Below are positions 48,785 to 59,665 of a DNA stretch of 64,000 nucleotides, piece by piece; positions within the stretch are counted from its first letter, which is position 1, and each line of letters starts with the position of its first letter. Under the pieces are notes generated by a model that did not search any database, had not been told where the DNA came from, and worked only from the letters and a program-made list of their open reading frames with translations. The DNA is taken from positions 2,688,001 to 2,752,000 of the forward strand of contig OZ219754.1 in assembly GCA_964291295.2 (NCBI GenBank), read 5' to 3'. Source of the DNA: an uncultured Candidatus Binatia bacterium. GTDB lineage: Bacteria > Desulfobacterota > Binatia > UBA9968 > JAJDTQ01. A program made the translations under genes and the position numbers.

Positions 48785-49549
48785 ATGATCAAGGGCAGAC
48801 CCGGTCTTCTCCCCGGGGTTCTTACGTTCATTGCTTTCCTGGTTCTGTGGCAGCTGGTTTCGTTGCTGTTCCTGCCGGCCTTCCTCCCCGGGCCGCGGGA
48901 GCTCATTGCGAGGCTCCTGACGGTCTATTCGGAACCCGGCAGCTACGCGGTCGTCTGGGATACCCTCCGCCGGATCATCCTGGGCCTTTCCGCCTCCATG
49001 GTCATCGGCGGTGGGGCCGGGCTGATCATGGGACTGCACCGGCACGTGGAGGCCTTCCTGGACGGCTGGATCATGGTGCTGCTCACGTTCCCGGCGGTCT
49101 GCTGGGCCTTTCTGGCCGTCCTCTGGTTCGGACTCTCCGACGTCGGGCCGGTCTTCACCACGGTGCTCATCGTCTTTCCCTTCGTGGCCCTCAACGTCTG
49201 GGAAGGGACCAAGGCCATCGACAGGGAAGTCATCGACATGGCCAAGGTCTACAAGGCGGACCGGCGTCTGATCATCCGAAAGGTGGTGGTGCCGCAGCTC
49301 CTGCCCTATCTGTTCTCGTCGATGCGGATCGCGCTCTCGCTGTCCTGGAAGATCGTGCTGGTGGGGGAGGCCTTTGCCGTGGGCAGCGGGGTCGGCCAGA
49401 TGCTGATGATTCATTTCGAGGATACCAGTGTCGATCTGATGCTGGCCTGGGGAGTCAGCTTCATGGTCTTCATGGTCCTGGTCGACGTGCTGCTGTTCCG
49501 GTCGTGGGAGAGACGTGCATTCCGGTGGCGGCACCAGGTGGCCACCTGA
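48785..49549 (+). CDS. ABC transporter permease (SsuC/TauC-like)
   Basis: Multiple TMs, LPGP, EAA-like loop (DMAKVYKA), SWKIVLVGE. Confidence 0.88.
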   Translation: MIKGRPGLLPGVLTFIAFLVLWQLVSLLFLPAFLPGPRELIARLLTVYSEPGSYAVVWDTLRRIILGLSASMVIGGGAGLIMGLHRHVEAFLDGWIMVLLTFPAVCWAFLAVLWFGLSDVGPVFTTVLIVFPFVALNVWEGTKAIDREVIDMAKVYKADRRLIIRKVVVPQLLPYLFSSMRIALSLSWKIVLVGEAFAVGSGVGQMLMIHFEDTSVDLMLAWGVSFMVFMVLVDVLLFRSWERRAFRWRHQVAT

Positions 49550-49588
49550 TCCTCAAACAGATCCTCAAATAGTATACGGGTGTCGTTC

Positions 49589-50364
<776 letters not shown>

Positions 50365-50368
<4 letters not shown>

Positions 50369-51141
50369 AGATGCGTCTCTACATGCGTCTGGCATCCATG
50401 GTGGCGCTGGTGGGGTGCTGGTGGCTCGCCTCCCTGTTCACCTCGCCGGAGGTGTTGCCCAACCCGGCGCGGATCGCGCGGACCATGGGCCGGATCCTCA
50501 CGGAGCCGGGTCCCGAAGGCAACTCGGCCTTCTTTCACATCGGCATCACGTTGCTCCGCATCACCATCGCGTTCGCGGCCGCCATGATGGCCGGCATCGC
50601 CATCGGTCTGGCCATGGGACTCCGCAAGACCGTGGAGCATTCGCTCATGAGCCTGATTCCGCTGTTCCTGACCATCCCCACCCTGCTGATGGTCTTTCTG
50701 GCGGTGCTCTGGTTCGGCTTCAGTGAAACCGGGAGCCTGGTGGCGGTGATGGCGGTGGTCACGCCCTTCGTCACGGTGAACATGGCGGAAGGCACCAAGG
50801 CCATGGACAAGAGCCTGATGGACATGGCCAAGTCGTTCAAGGCCGGCAGGAGAATGCTGGTCTGGAAGGTCTACATCCCTCAGCTCATGCCCTATCTGAT
50901 GTCGGCGTTCCGGTACGCCTTCGGCATGACCTGGAAGGTCGTCGCCCTGGCCGAGACCTTCGGCATCAAGTTCGGCATCGGCTACATGTTCTTCTTCTGG
51001 TTCGAGAGCTTCGACATGGAGCAGGTGCTGGCCTGGATACTGCTCTTCGTGATCCTGATGCTGATCATCGAGTATGGCGTCATCGCCCGCTTCGAGCAGC
51101 GCGCCTTCGCCTGGCGCCGTTCCTTCTCCACCGCCCTCTGA
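50365..51141 (+). CDS. ABC transporter permease (second)
   Basis: Multiple TMs, DMAKSFKA, WKVVALAE; paralog of the first permease. Confidence 0.88.
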
Positions 51142-51145
51142 CCCG

Positions 51146-51457
51146 CTAACGGCGGTGGGCCTGGATCTCCGCTCTGGAAAACGGCCCGGCCCCCATCACT
51201 TGGTGCAGTTCCCATTCGATGAGTTCGAAACTGCAGAAGCCGGCCGCGGTATAGGGATCGCTGCCGGCAACCGCCTCCGCCTCGGCCCGCGAGTCCGCGC
51301 GAATGAGGTAGATGCCGTACTTGCGGTCCGGTGTCGGTCCGGACATGACAATCCTGCCGGCGTCGTGCTGCCGCTTCATCCAGGACAAATGGTCGTCCAG
51401 CGTCACGTTCCACTCTTCCCGGGGCTTGACCGCACTCCTCAGTGCAATGAACCACAT
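51146..51457 (-). CDS. YciI family protein
   Basis: H at LDDHLSW, SGP, DPY motif. Confidence 0.85.
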   Translation of the reverse strand: MWFIALRSAVKPREEWNVTLDDHLSWMKRQHDAGRIVMSGPTPDRKYGIYLIRADSRAEAEAVAGSDPYTAAGFCSFELIEWELHQVMGAGPFSRAEIQAHRR

Positions 51458-51479
51458 GCGCGTCCCTCCCTGCCATGCC

Positions 51480-52316
51480 CTATCGGGCGGCGCAGATATC
51501 CCACCAGTTCCGGTCGAGGTCGCTGAAGACGAAGGAGACCTCGCCGTTGTCCTGCCGCAGATCCTGGACCTCGCCGATCCCCATCTCCCTGCCCGAGGTC
51601 CGGAATGCCCGGTGCGCGTCCACCACCTCCCGCTCCGTTTCCACCTGCAGGGTGAAGCGGTTCAGCGACGACACATGATGGCGCGTGCGGCCCGGCAGGA
51701 CCACCACGTACCAGGGTGTCTCGGGGTGCTTGATGTACACCGAGGACCGGCCGCCGCCGAGGATCTCCAGCCCCAGCACCTCGCTGTAGAACCGGGTGCT
51801 GGCCGCCTTGTCGTCACATTCCCGGGTGCCATGGCTCAGCGCCTGCGGCAGGTAGCCGCGCCCGGGAAACCGCTCCTCCGGCATTCTCTCGCGCCACGGG
51901 TTGATGGCATTCCGCTGCCCCCGCTCCACCGCCTCACGATCATAGTACTCGATCTCCCAGTCGTTGCCGCCGGGCTCCCGGAAGTAGACCGAATGGGCGA
52001 AGTGGTTTTCGTGAGGACGGCTGACGCGCTTGAGCTTGTAGCGCTCCTTCCGGGTTTGCAGGTATTCGTAGGCCGCGTTCACCTCGTCCATGGTTTCGAC
52101 CCGCACGCCGTAATGATGAAGGTGCGGCTTGTCCACCGCCTCGGGAGCACCCTCGTGCACCACCAGTTCCCAATCGGTATTGGGGTGCTTGACCGTGGCC
52201 TGCCCTGTTCCTTGCCCCACCATCTCCAACGCCAACAGGTCGGTGAGCACCGGCAGGGTGTCGTCCAGGGACTTGCATTCGTAGTGGCCGCGTTTCAGTG
52301 CGATGGGCGTGATCAT
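51480..52316 (-). CDS. Two-domain VOC (glyoxalase/dioxygenase superfamily) protein
   Basis: GHYEC...HHYG...YFREPGGNDWEIE; second domain SHGT...FYSEVLGLE...DLDRNWWD. Confidence 0.85.
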   Translation of the reverse strand: MITPIALKRGHYECKSLDDTLPVLTDLLALEMVGQGTGQATVKHPNTDWELVVHEGAPEAVDKPHLHHYGVRVETMDEVNAAYEYLQTRKERYKLKRVSRPHENHFAHSVYFREPGGNDWEIEYYDREAVERGQRNAINPWRERMPEERFPGRGYLPQALSHGTRECDDKAASTRFYSEVLGLEILGGGRSSVYIKHPETPWYVVVLPGRTRHHVSSLNRFTLQVETEREVVDAHRAFRTSGREMGIGEVQDLRQDNGEVSFVFSDLDRNWWDICAAR

Positions 52317-52604
52317 CTCGACGTTCCTCCCGGAATGGAGCTTTGGCGTGCCCTGCAACCTAACCGATTCGGACCTGTTGTTGAAGCGCCGTGCACACCG
52401 CCATCCGGCCCTGCCCCGGAATCCCCTCCTTCCCTCCATCCCTCCTTCCTTCTTTCCTCTCCCTTCCGGTCTCGGGGCTGAACGGGTTTCGGACGTCGCA
52501 GCGCAGGCAGTGGTTTTCAACTCGCTTCCGGTTCGTTCCTTGACTTGTCCGGTCCGGCCCGATTATTCATGACCGCGATTCCCGCCAACGGAAGGGTCCC
52601 GCCC

Positions 52605-54587
52605 ATGTTGAGACAGCTGATTGTGTGTCGCCGAGAGATGTTCGCCGGCGGTCACGAGTTCGAGCCCACCGGGGCTTACGAGATCATCGCCGGCCAGGCC
52701 TTGGGAGAGGTGCTTCCGGACGACCCCCGGAACGCCGGCATCGTCCATCTCGACAAGGCGCCGCGCAACCAGCGTGGTGCCGTCGCGTACCGCTGTGACT
52801 TCCACACGCTGCGCCCCCGGGACGCCCGCAAAGGCAATGGCCGCGTACTCTACGAGGCGCCCAACCGCGGCGGCAAACGGGCCATGATGTTCCTCAACGA
52901 TGCGCCGGAGTGCAACGACCCGGTGAGCCTGGAGCACGCGGGAAACGGTTTTCTCATGCGGCGGGGCTACACCTGGCTCACATCGGGTTGGCAGGGAGAC
53001 CTCATTCCCTGGAAGGACGGGATGGTGCTGGAGGTTCCCGTCGCCACCGAACGCGACCACCCCATTCAGCGCCGAGTGCGGACCGAGATCTGCGTCACCC
53101 GTCCCGGTGTCCGTTGCCAGCCCTTGAGCGGCCATCCCAGGGTCCGGAGCTACCCGGCCGCCACCCGGGATGCGGAGCTGACGGTGCGGATGCGGTCGTA
53201 CGGTGAGCGGACGGTGGTGCCCGCCGCGCAGTGGAGCTTTGCCGTCGAAGAGGCTGGCGCCGCCGGTAACGGAACGCCCGGGATCGTGCCGAGCCCCCGC
53301 CACCTCCACCTGCCCGGCGGTTTCATTCCGGGGGCCATCTACGAACTGGTGTACACCGCGCGGGACCCGCTGGTGCTGGGACTGGGGTTTGCCGCGGTAC
53401 GTGACCTGGTCTCCTTTATGCGCTACGGGCAGGAGGACGGTGCCGCCAGCCCCTTGACCGGCGGTCCGGATATCGAAAAAGCTTATGCTTGGGGTCGTTC
53501 CCAGAGTGGGCGCTTTCTGCGGGATATGGTCTACCAGGGATTCAACGAGGACGAACAGGGCCGGCAGGTGTTCGACGCCATCGCACCCCACGCTTCCGGG
53601 GGCGGCCGCATCTTCCTCAACTACGAGTTCGCCCGGCCGGTCACCTCGTGCCAGCAGCATACCAACCAGCTTGAGCCCGAGCTCTTCCCCTTCGCCTACA
53701 ATGTCATGGAAGATCCCCAGACAGGCCGGAACGACGGCATCCTCAAGCGCCCCGCCACCGACCCGCTGGTGCTCCATACCCAGACTTCCACCGAGTACTG
53801 GCAGAAACGGGGAGCCCTGGCTCACACCGACGGCCGGGGAAACGATATCCCCCTGCCCGGCCGGGTACGCATGTACCTGGTTGCGAGCACGCAACACAAC
53901 GCTCCGTACGGCACCCGGGCCGCGCGGGCGAAGAGCCGGCACCCGAGCAATCCCCTGAGCATCGGCCCGGTCCTCCGCGCGTTGATCGTGGCCATGGACC
54001 GCTGGGCCACGGATGGGACCCCCCCGCCCCCCAGCCGCATCCCGCGAACCGCCGGCGGCACGCAGGTTACCCCCGAGAGCCTGCGAACCGGGTTCCCGGC
54101 CATCCCCGGGGCGCGCTGCACCGGGCTTCACAACCGCCAGCTCTTCCTCGACTACGGCGGAGGGGTGGCCCGGGGCATCATCGACTCCCGCCCCAAGGCT
54201 CCAGCCGACCATGCGGGATACACGATCCTGGTCCCGGCGGTGGATGCCGACGGCAACGACGTCGCGGGGATCCGCCTTCCCCGGGTCAACGTTCCCCTTG
54301 CCACCTTCACGGGATGGAACCTGCAGTCCGGTGAGCTGGCCGAGGGCGAACTGGCGGGCCTGCTGGGATCCTCCGTGCCCTTTCCCCGGACCCGGAGGGA
54401 ACGCAAGACCGGCGGCGACCCACGCCTGGCGCTCGAAGAAAGATACGTCAATCTGGATGACTACCTCGGACAGGTGCGCGGGAAGATCGGCGCCCTCGTG
54501 GAAGCCCGCTACCTGCTCGCCGAAGACGCCGAAGCGATGCTGGCGGATTGCCGGCGGGCATATCTGGACGCGGTGGCCTTGTCCTGA
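52605..54587 (+). CDS. Alpha/beta hydrolase domain protein (tannase-like, uncharacterised)
   Basis: NRGG, GWQGD, LGLGFAAVRD, GRSQSG nucleophile elbow, EYW, DADGN...GIRLP, TGWN, DPRLALEERY. Confidence 0.8.
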   Translation: MLRQLIVCRREMFAGGHEFEPTGAYEIIAGQALGEVLPDDPRNAGIVHLDKAPRNQRGAVAYRCDFHTLRPRDARKGNGRVLYEAPNRGGKRAMMFLNDAPECNDPVSLEHAGNGFLMRRGYTWLTSGWQGDLIPWKDGMVLEVPVATERDHPIQRRVRTEICVTRPGVRCQPLSGHPRVRSYPAATRDAELTVRMRSYGERTVVPAAQWSFAVEEAGAAGNGTPGIVPSPRHLHLPGGFIPGAIYELVYTARDPLVLGLGFAAVRDLVSFMRYGQEDGAASPLTGGPDIEKAYAWGRSQSGRFLRDMVYQGFNEDEQGRQVFDAIAPHASGGGRIFLNYEFARPVTSCQQHTNQLEPELFPFAYNVMEDPQTGRNDGILKRPATDPLVLHTQTSTEYWQKRGALAHTDGRGNDIPLPGRVRMYLVASTQHNAPYGTRAARAKSRHPSNPLSIGPVLRALIVAMDRWATDGTPPPPSRIPRTAGGTQVTPESLRTGFPAIPGARCTGLHNRQLFLDYGGGVARGIIDSRPKAPADHAGYTILVPAVDADGNDVAGIRLPRVNVPLATFTGWNLQSGELAEGELAGLLGSSVPFPRTRRERKTGGDPRLALEERYVNLDDYLGQVRGKIGALVEARYLLAEDAEAMLADCRRAYLDAVALS

Positions 54588-54664
54588 CGACCGGGAGCGC
54601 GTGTGCCGGCGGAACCCCCTGTCGAAGAGGGAAAGGCGCGCTGCCGCCCTCTCCGCCAAGGGAG

Positions 54665-54738
54665 TGCCCCCGGCGAGACTCGAACTCACGACACCAGGAT
54701 TAGGAATCCTGTGCTCTATCCTGCTGAGCTACGGGGGC
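54665..54738 (-). tRNA. tRNA-Arg(CCT)
   Basis: GCCCCCG acceptor stem, D arm TAGCTCAGCAGGATAGAGC, anticodon arm CAGGA-TTCCTAA-TCCTG, T loop GTTCGAGTC; CCA not encoded. Confidence 0.95.
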
Positions 54739-54879
54739 GTATCGGGGAGGTTTCTCCGGCGGCTTCGGCGCCGGGCGGGCAGGGACGGTTCCTGAAGCCG
54801 CGTGGTGGCTTTCTGACACGACCGCTGACGGCTTGTCAAACGAAAAAGCATCGTCCGAGAACCATCGGGGACTTGTCCG

Positions 54880-55503
54880 CTACGGGTCCGGAGGCACCCT
54901 CATGCCGCGCTGCACCGCGGGGCGGTTGCCGATGGCGTCGAACCAGCGCCGGACCTGCGGGAACTCGGCCAGATCCACCTTGTGCCGCTCGTGCCGGCCC
55001 ACCCAGGGGTAGGTGGCGATGTCCGCGACCGAATACGCACCGGCGAGGCAGTCGTGGTCGGTGAGGCGTTTCTCCATCACTCCGTAGAGTCGACGGGCTT
55101 CGTTTCCGTAACGATCGATGGCGTAGGGAATCTGCTCCCGGGCTCCCATGAAATGGTGCGCCTGTCCGAACATGGGGCCGACTCCGCCCATCTGGAACAT
55201 GAGCCACTGCATGACGTCGTAGCGGGCGCGGGTCTCCCGGGGCAGGAACCGGCCGCCGGCCTTGTCCGAAAGGTACAGCAGGATGGCGCCGGACTCGAAC
55301 AGGCTGTACGGGCCGCCGCCCGGACCGTCCCGGTCAACGATGGCCGGTATCTTGTTGTTGGGACTGATGGCCAGGAAGTCGCTCGCGAACTGTTCGCCCT
55401 TGCCGATATCGACGGGGTGGACCGTGTAGGGCAGCTCCAGCTCTTCCAGCATTATGGAGACCTTGCGGCCGTTGGGGGTTCTCCAGGTGTAGAGATCGAT
55501 CAT
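54880..55503 (-). CDS. Glutathione S-transferase (YfcG-like disulfide reductase)
   Basis: MIDLYTWRTPNG, SPNNKIPAI, FESGAIL, QWLMFQMGGVGPMFGQ. Confidence 0.92.
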   Translation of the reverse strand: MIDLYTWRTPNGRKVSIMLEELELPYTVHPVDIGKGEQFASDFLAISPNNKIPAIVDRDGPGGGPYSLFESGAILLYLSDKAGGRFLPRETRARYDVMQWLMFQMGGVGPMFGQAHHFMGAREQIPYAIDRYGNEARRLYGVMEKRLTDHDCLAGAYSVADIATYPWVGRHERHKVDLAEFPQVRRWFDAIGNRPAVQRGMRVPPDP

Positions 55504-55621
55504 GGTGCCTCCCGGGTCAGTCTTGTCACCCATCCCTAGACGGCAGTCCCCTTTTCGTCCCGGAAATTTCGTCCCGGAAATCTGACCAGGACTCGCGAGG
55601 GTGCCCGGGGCTGGACGGCCG

Positions 55622-56230
55622 TTACAACTTGATGTCCAGTTCCTTCAGCAGCGCCGCCGCGTCGGACCTGAAACCCTCGTCGATATGCTGATAGAGGCTT
55701 TTGCCCTTGGTGTCCGCGTCGACGATGAAAGGGCCCAGTCCGTCCACCTCCACGATCCACATGGCCTCGGGCCGGCCCAGATCCGGCCATGCGCGGTCGA
55801 TGACCCGGACCACCCGCGAAGCGTACTCGTTGTAGTTGCCCGCGCACACCAGATGGACGCAGCCGGACCGCCTGCAGAACTCCTCCAGGCCTTCCAGCAT
55901 TCCCTTGCCGATGATCACCTTGAGCCCCAACAATTCAACCGCCTTCTCGATCTTTTCGCGTCCCGCGAGCCAACTCGGCATGGGCACCATGGCGACCATC
56001 TCGGCGTGTTCCGGCCCCTCCCTGACCAGCGGGCCGCTATGAAACACCGTCTCGGCGCCGAGCTCCTTCAGGCGGGTGCGGACGCCCTCCCCTCCCCGGG
56101 GATCAAGGAGACGGTCATAGGTCAGCGACCTGCAGGTAAACAGGCAGCCGCTGAGAGTGACCGTGTCCCCGGCGTCGAGACGTCCCAGGGCTTCGTCGGT
56201 TATCGGCCGCGTCAGATGGCGTTCCTTCAT
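55622..56230 (-). CDS. Fe-S hydro-lyase beta subunit (class I fumarase C-terminal / TtdB-like)
   Basis: GDTVTLSG..FTCR, FHSGP, IIGKG, DLGRPEAMW, GPFIV..DTKGKSLY. Confidence 0.88.
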   Translation of the reverse strand: MKERHLTRPITDEALGRLDAGDTVTLSGCLFTCRSLTYDRLLDPRGGEGVRTRLKELGAETVFHSGPLVREGPEHAEMVAMVPMPSWLAGREKIEKAVELLGLKVIIGKGMLEGLEEFCRRSGCVHLVCAGNYNEYASRVVRVIDRAWPDLGRPEAMWIVEVDGLGPFIVDADTKGKSLYQHIDEGFRSDAAALLKELDIKL

Positions 56231-56280
56231 TTCCTTCTCCCGGGTCAGCGCGTCGCTGCGGCGGCAAGGGGATTCCCGGA

Positions 56281-57213
56281 TCAGGCCTGCGGCTCCCGGG
56301 TCATCCAGCTCGACAGCGGCAGGCTCTCAACCCGCCCGTCCGCATACATGCGGACCGTAGTCCGGCGCATGGCGGCGCACTGGAGGTAGACCGCCACAGG
56401 CAGGGTGGCCATGTGGCAGTAGGCCATCTCCACGTGGACATCGAAGGCCGAGGTGGAGCCGCCCATGCCCATGGGGCCAAGCTTCAGACGGAGGATGTCA
56501 TCCATGAGCTGGTCTTCCAGCCGGGCCAGCTCCGGATCGGGGTTGCGGTCCGCCACCGGCCTCAGGATCGCCGCCTCCTTTGCCATGCGGGTGCAGGTCT
56601 CGAAGGTGCCGCCCAGTCCTACGCCCACCAAGTTGGGCGAGCAGGTGGCGCCGAGACGCACCAGGTTGATGGTGGATTCCACCACGAATTTCCGCACGCC
56701 CTTCTCACCGGCGGTGGGCGGCAGCACGGTGAACCGGCTGCCCACCAGTTCCGGCCCGCCGCCCACGGCGACATTGGTGATCTCCAGGTAGTCTGCATCC
56801 GGCACGACCCGAACCTTGATGTCGGGGCAGCCGGGGCCCTGGTTGGTGTTGGGGTTGTGGCGCGTCAGCGGATGAACGGCATTGGGGCGCAGCGGGATGT
56901 CGGAGGTGACCTGGGCGCTCACCTCGCGCAATGTCCGTTCCAGCGCCCGGCAACCCCCTTCGATCTCCGGGATCATGGCGGTGCCCAGGCCGACGTAGTA
57001 GGTCAGCAGCCCGGTGTCGGCGCAAAAGGGCACGCCGCGGGCCGAGGCGGTGGCCACCGCGTCCAGGTTGGCCTTGAGGTGGGCCTTTCCCAGCCCGCTG
57101 CTCTCCCGGTCGTGCCGGTCCTGCATAAAGGACTTGAAGTCTTCAGGCAGATCATACTGATTTGCCTTCCATAATGCCGTGACCGTGTGCGCGATCGCTT
57201 CCTGGCTCAGCAT
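56281..57213 (-). CDS. Fe-S hydro-lyase alpha subunit (class I fumarase N-terminal / TtdA-like)
   Basis: PFCADTG, PLRPNAV, GGGPE, TCSP..VGVGLGG, GPMGMGG, CHMATLPV...QC. Confidence 0.88.
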   Translation of the reverse strand: MLSQEAIAHTVTALWKANQYDLPEDFKSFMQDRHDRESSGLGKAHLKANLDAVATASARGVPFCADTGLLTYYVGLGTAMIPEIEGGCRALERTLREVSAQVTSDIPLRPNAVHPLTRHNPNTNQGPGCPDIKVRVVPDADYLEITNVAVGGGPELVGSRFTVLPPTAGEKGVRKFVVESTINLVRLGATCSPNLVGVGLGGTFETCTRMAKEAAILRPVADRNPDPELARLEDQLMDDILRLKLGPMGMGGSTSAFDVHVEMAYCHMATLPVAVYLQCAAMRRTTVRMYADGRVESLPLSSWMTREPQA

Positions 57214-57327
57214 CCTGCACACCTTTCACCTGTGGTGGTACCTGTCGGCCCCCAACCATTGTATCTGTCCGTCCCCGACCCTTTGCACGTACAACACGAA
57301 ACCGCGACAGGCAAACGTTCCTCATTC

Positions 57328-57356
57328 TTGACAATCCTCATGCCGTCTTGCATTGT
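57328..57356 (+). promoter_or_regulatory. Putative sigma70 promoter for the tctC-like gene
   Basis: TTGACA-17 bp-CATTGT, upstream of the AAGGAG RBS and ATG 57400. Confidence 0.4.
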
Positions 57357-57399
57357 CTGTGGCTTCGAACAACGATCCGGCCCGAAAAGGAGACACACC

Positions 57400-58428
57400 A
57401 TGGTGCGAACACTCGCCGCCGTGATGACGGCGGGCATTGTCTTGGGGCTCGCGTCGGGACCCGCGTGGAGCGTGGCGGATTTCTACAAGGGCAAGACCAT
57501 TCGCTTCATCGTCGGCGCCTCGCCCGGCGGCGGCTATGACACCTATACCCGTACCGCGGCGCGCCACATCCGCAAGCACTTTCCCGGCAAACCGACTCCG
57601 GTGGTGCAGAACCTGACCGGGGCGGGCGGCCTCGTGGTTGCCAACTACCTTTACAACAAGGTGCGGCCCGACGGCCTCACCGTTGGCGTCTGGAACAACG
57701 TGTTCCTCCTGCACGAGGCGCTGGGCTCCCGGCGCGTGAACTTCCAGGGTCGGAACTTCGGCTGGATCGGTGCGCCGGTGACCGGGTGGCCGAGTTGCGC
57801 GGTCATGGGATTTACCGGCCTCAAGAACTGGGACGACGTGTTGAAGCGGGAGAAGCCGCTGAAGACGGGGTCGGCCGGGGGAACCGGCACCACCCTGCCC
57901 ACGATCCTCAATATCGCTTCCGGAAAGAACCTCTTCGACATCATCCCCGGCTACACGGGCACGTCCAAGGTGCGGCTGGCCATGCAGGCCAGGGAGTTGG
58001 ATGGCGTCTGCATGTCGTTCGAGGCCATGCGGGTGACGGCGCGTTCCATGCTCGATGCCGAGGGTGACGACAAGCTGATCCCGATCCTGGTGCACGGCAA
58101 TCCGCCGGACCCGGAAGTCAGGGGGGTGCCGCGGGTGACGGATCTGGTCAAGGGCAAGGACAACGTCGCCATGCTCACTGCCTGGGCGGTGCAGTACAAC
58201 TTCCAGCGGCCGCTGACACTCCCACCAGGCACTCCCCGGGACCGGGTGGTGGCTTGGCGCAAGGCCTATGCCGCGACCCTTGAGGATCCCGCCTTTCTGG
58301 CAGACGCCCGGAAGTCGAAACTGAACGTCGAGTACGTGTCCGGGGAGGATAGCGAGCAGTACGTCGAGACGATCCTGTCCATGTCTCCGGAGACCAGGGA
58401 ACGTCTCAAGTGGATGCTGCCCAGGTGA
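57400..58428 (+). CDS. Tripartite tricarboxylate transporter substrate-binding protein (TctC/Bug)
   Basis: Signal peptide, FYKGKTI, PGGGYD, QNLTGAGG, PDGLT, GYTG, PPGTP. Confidence 0.88.
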   Translation: MVRTLAAVMTAGIVLGLASGPAWSVADFYKGKTIRFIVGASPGGGYDTYTRTAARHIRKHFPGKPTPVVQNLTGAGGLVVANYLYNKVRPDGLTVGVWNNVFLLHEALGSRRVNFQGRNFGWIGAPVTGWPSCAVMGFTGLKNWDDVLKREKPLKTGSAGGTGTTLPTILNIASGKNLFDIIPGYTGTSKVRLAMQARELDGVCMSFEAMRVTARSMLDAEGDDKLIPILVHGNPPDPEVRGVPRVTDLVKGKDNVAMLTAWAVQYNFQRPLTLPPGTPRDRVVAWRKAYAATLEDPAFLADARKSKLNVEYVSGEDSEQYVETILSMSPETRERLKWMLPR

Positions 58429-58536
58429 GAACCTGCAGGTCCTGATCGAAGCCGATGCCCGTTGCCGCCCCTTTTCGGAACCGGACGACGGTGAGCGCGA
58501 CGTGCCCCCTGCGGTCCCATGAAATCCGACAGGGCG

Positions 58537-59505
58537 TCAGAGCGGATGGTTCTCCAGCCATTCCAGGTAGTGGCGCAGTCCGCTCTGGATGTCATATTGT
58601 GGAACGAAACCGAGATCTTTCCTTGCCCGCGTCATCGACAGGGGCCCCCGCAGGCTGTCGCGGAAGAACGGCGACAAGGTCCCGCCCTCTTTGAGGCGGA
58701 AGCGGAAACCCGGACGGATTCGCACCAGCGCCGAAAGGATATCGGAGAAACGGAGATTCTCGCCGCAACTCACGTTGTAGACACGGTGGCGCAGCTTCGC
58801 CTTGCGGAGCGCCAGCACCACGCAGCGGGCGGTATCGGAGACATGGGTGAGGTCGCGCACGAGATCGTCCGCCAACTCGACTTCGTCGCCGTTCAGCGCG
58901 GCCCGACACCAGTGGAACACCGGCGACATGACGGTGCGCAGCGGATTGGGACGTTCCAGCGGACCGTAGGGCGCGGAGAGGCGCAGGATGACCCCATCCA
59001 TGCCGAACAGCTGGAGGTAACGGGCCACCACCTCTTCCGCCGCGCGCTTGGTGATGCCATAGATGTCCCGGGGCCGGAGCGGCGTCTCCTCCTGCAGGGG
59101 GACGCCCGGGTCGGTGCCGCCGTAGACGCTGGCCGAACTCAGTTGAACGAATCGCTGGACCCCGGCCCGACGGGCGGCTTCCAGGACCGTGGCGGTGCCG
59201 CCAACGTTGACCAGCACCGCCTGCCGCGCCGCCTCCGGTTCCAGATCGCCAATGGCGGTGACCGCGGCCCCGTGGACCACCCGGTCGACGCCGTACCACT
59301 CCAGGACCGCGCACAGCGTATCCCGATCCAGGACGTCGGCCTTGACACAGGCAACCCGTTCCCGGAGCGGCCCGAGGAACTCCCCGGCGAGTTCGCCCAG
59401 TTCTCCCTCGGCGGACAGGGCCACTACCGACTCCCCCGACCCGGCCAACCGGGCCGTTACGTGAACTCCGACAAAGCCGGTGCCGCCGGTGACCAGTACG
59501 CTCAT
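58537..59505 (-). CDS. NAD-dependent epimerase/dehydratase (extended SDR)
   Basis: VTGGTGFVG, SSASVYG, YGITK (YxxxK), YGP. Confidence 0.9.
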   Translation of the reverse strand: MSVLVTGGTGFVGVHVTARLAGSGESVVALSAEGELGELAGEFLGPLRERVACVKADVLDRDTLCAVLEWYGVDRVVHGAAVTAIGDLEPEAARQAVLVNVGGTATVLEAARRAGVQRFVQLSSASVYGGTDPGVPLQEETPLRPRDIYGITKRAAEEVVARYLQLFGMDGVILRLSAPYGPLERPNPLRTVMSPVFHWCRAALNGDEVELADDLVRDLTHVSDTARCVVLALRKAKLRHRVYNVSCGENLRFSDILSALVRIRPGFRFRLKEGGTLSPFFRDSLRGPLSMTRARKDLGFVPQYDIQSGLRHYLEWLENHPL

Positions 59506-59639
59506 CGGCCGGTCCGCTCACCCGCGGCATGGCCTCCGGCGATCATGCCGCGGTCATGCGCCACCCAGGCCGCACCTCCGCTTGCATCTCCGCAGCCCAC
59601 CACGACGATAGCGGTTTTGGGATCCCGGGATGATGTCAT
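59502..59639 (-). pseudogene. Remnant of an FAD-dependent oxidoreductase (N- and C-termini joined by internal deletion)
   Basis: 45-aa ORF MTSSRDPKTAIVVVGCGDASGGAAWVAHDRG-MIAGGHAAGERTGR. Its first part resembles VLVIGFGFAGGVAAVVAADSG and its end resembles RIAGRNAAG of the 61735-63240 protein. Confidence 0.6.
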
Positions 59640-59665
59640 GTCCGATCTCGACGCGCAGGGAGAGG

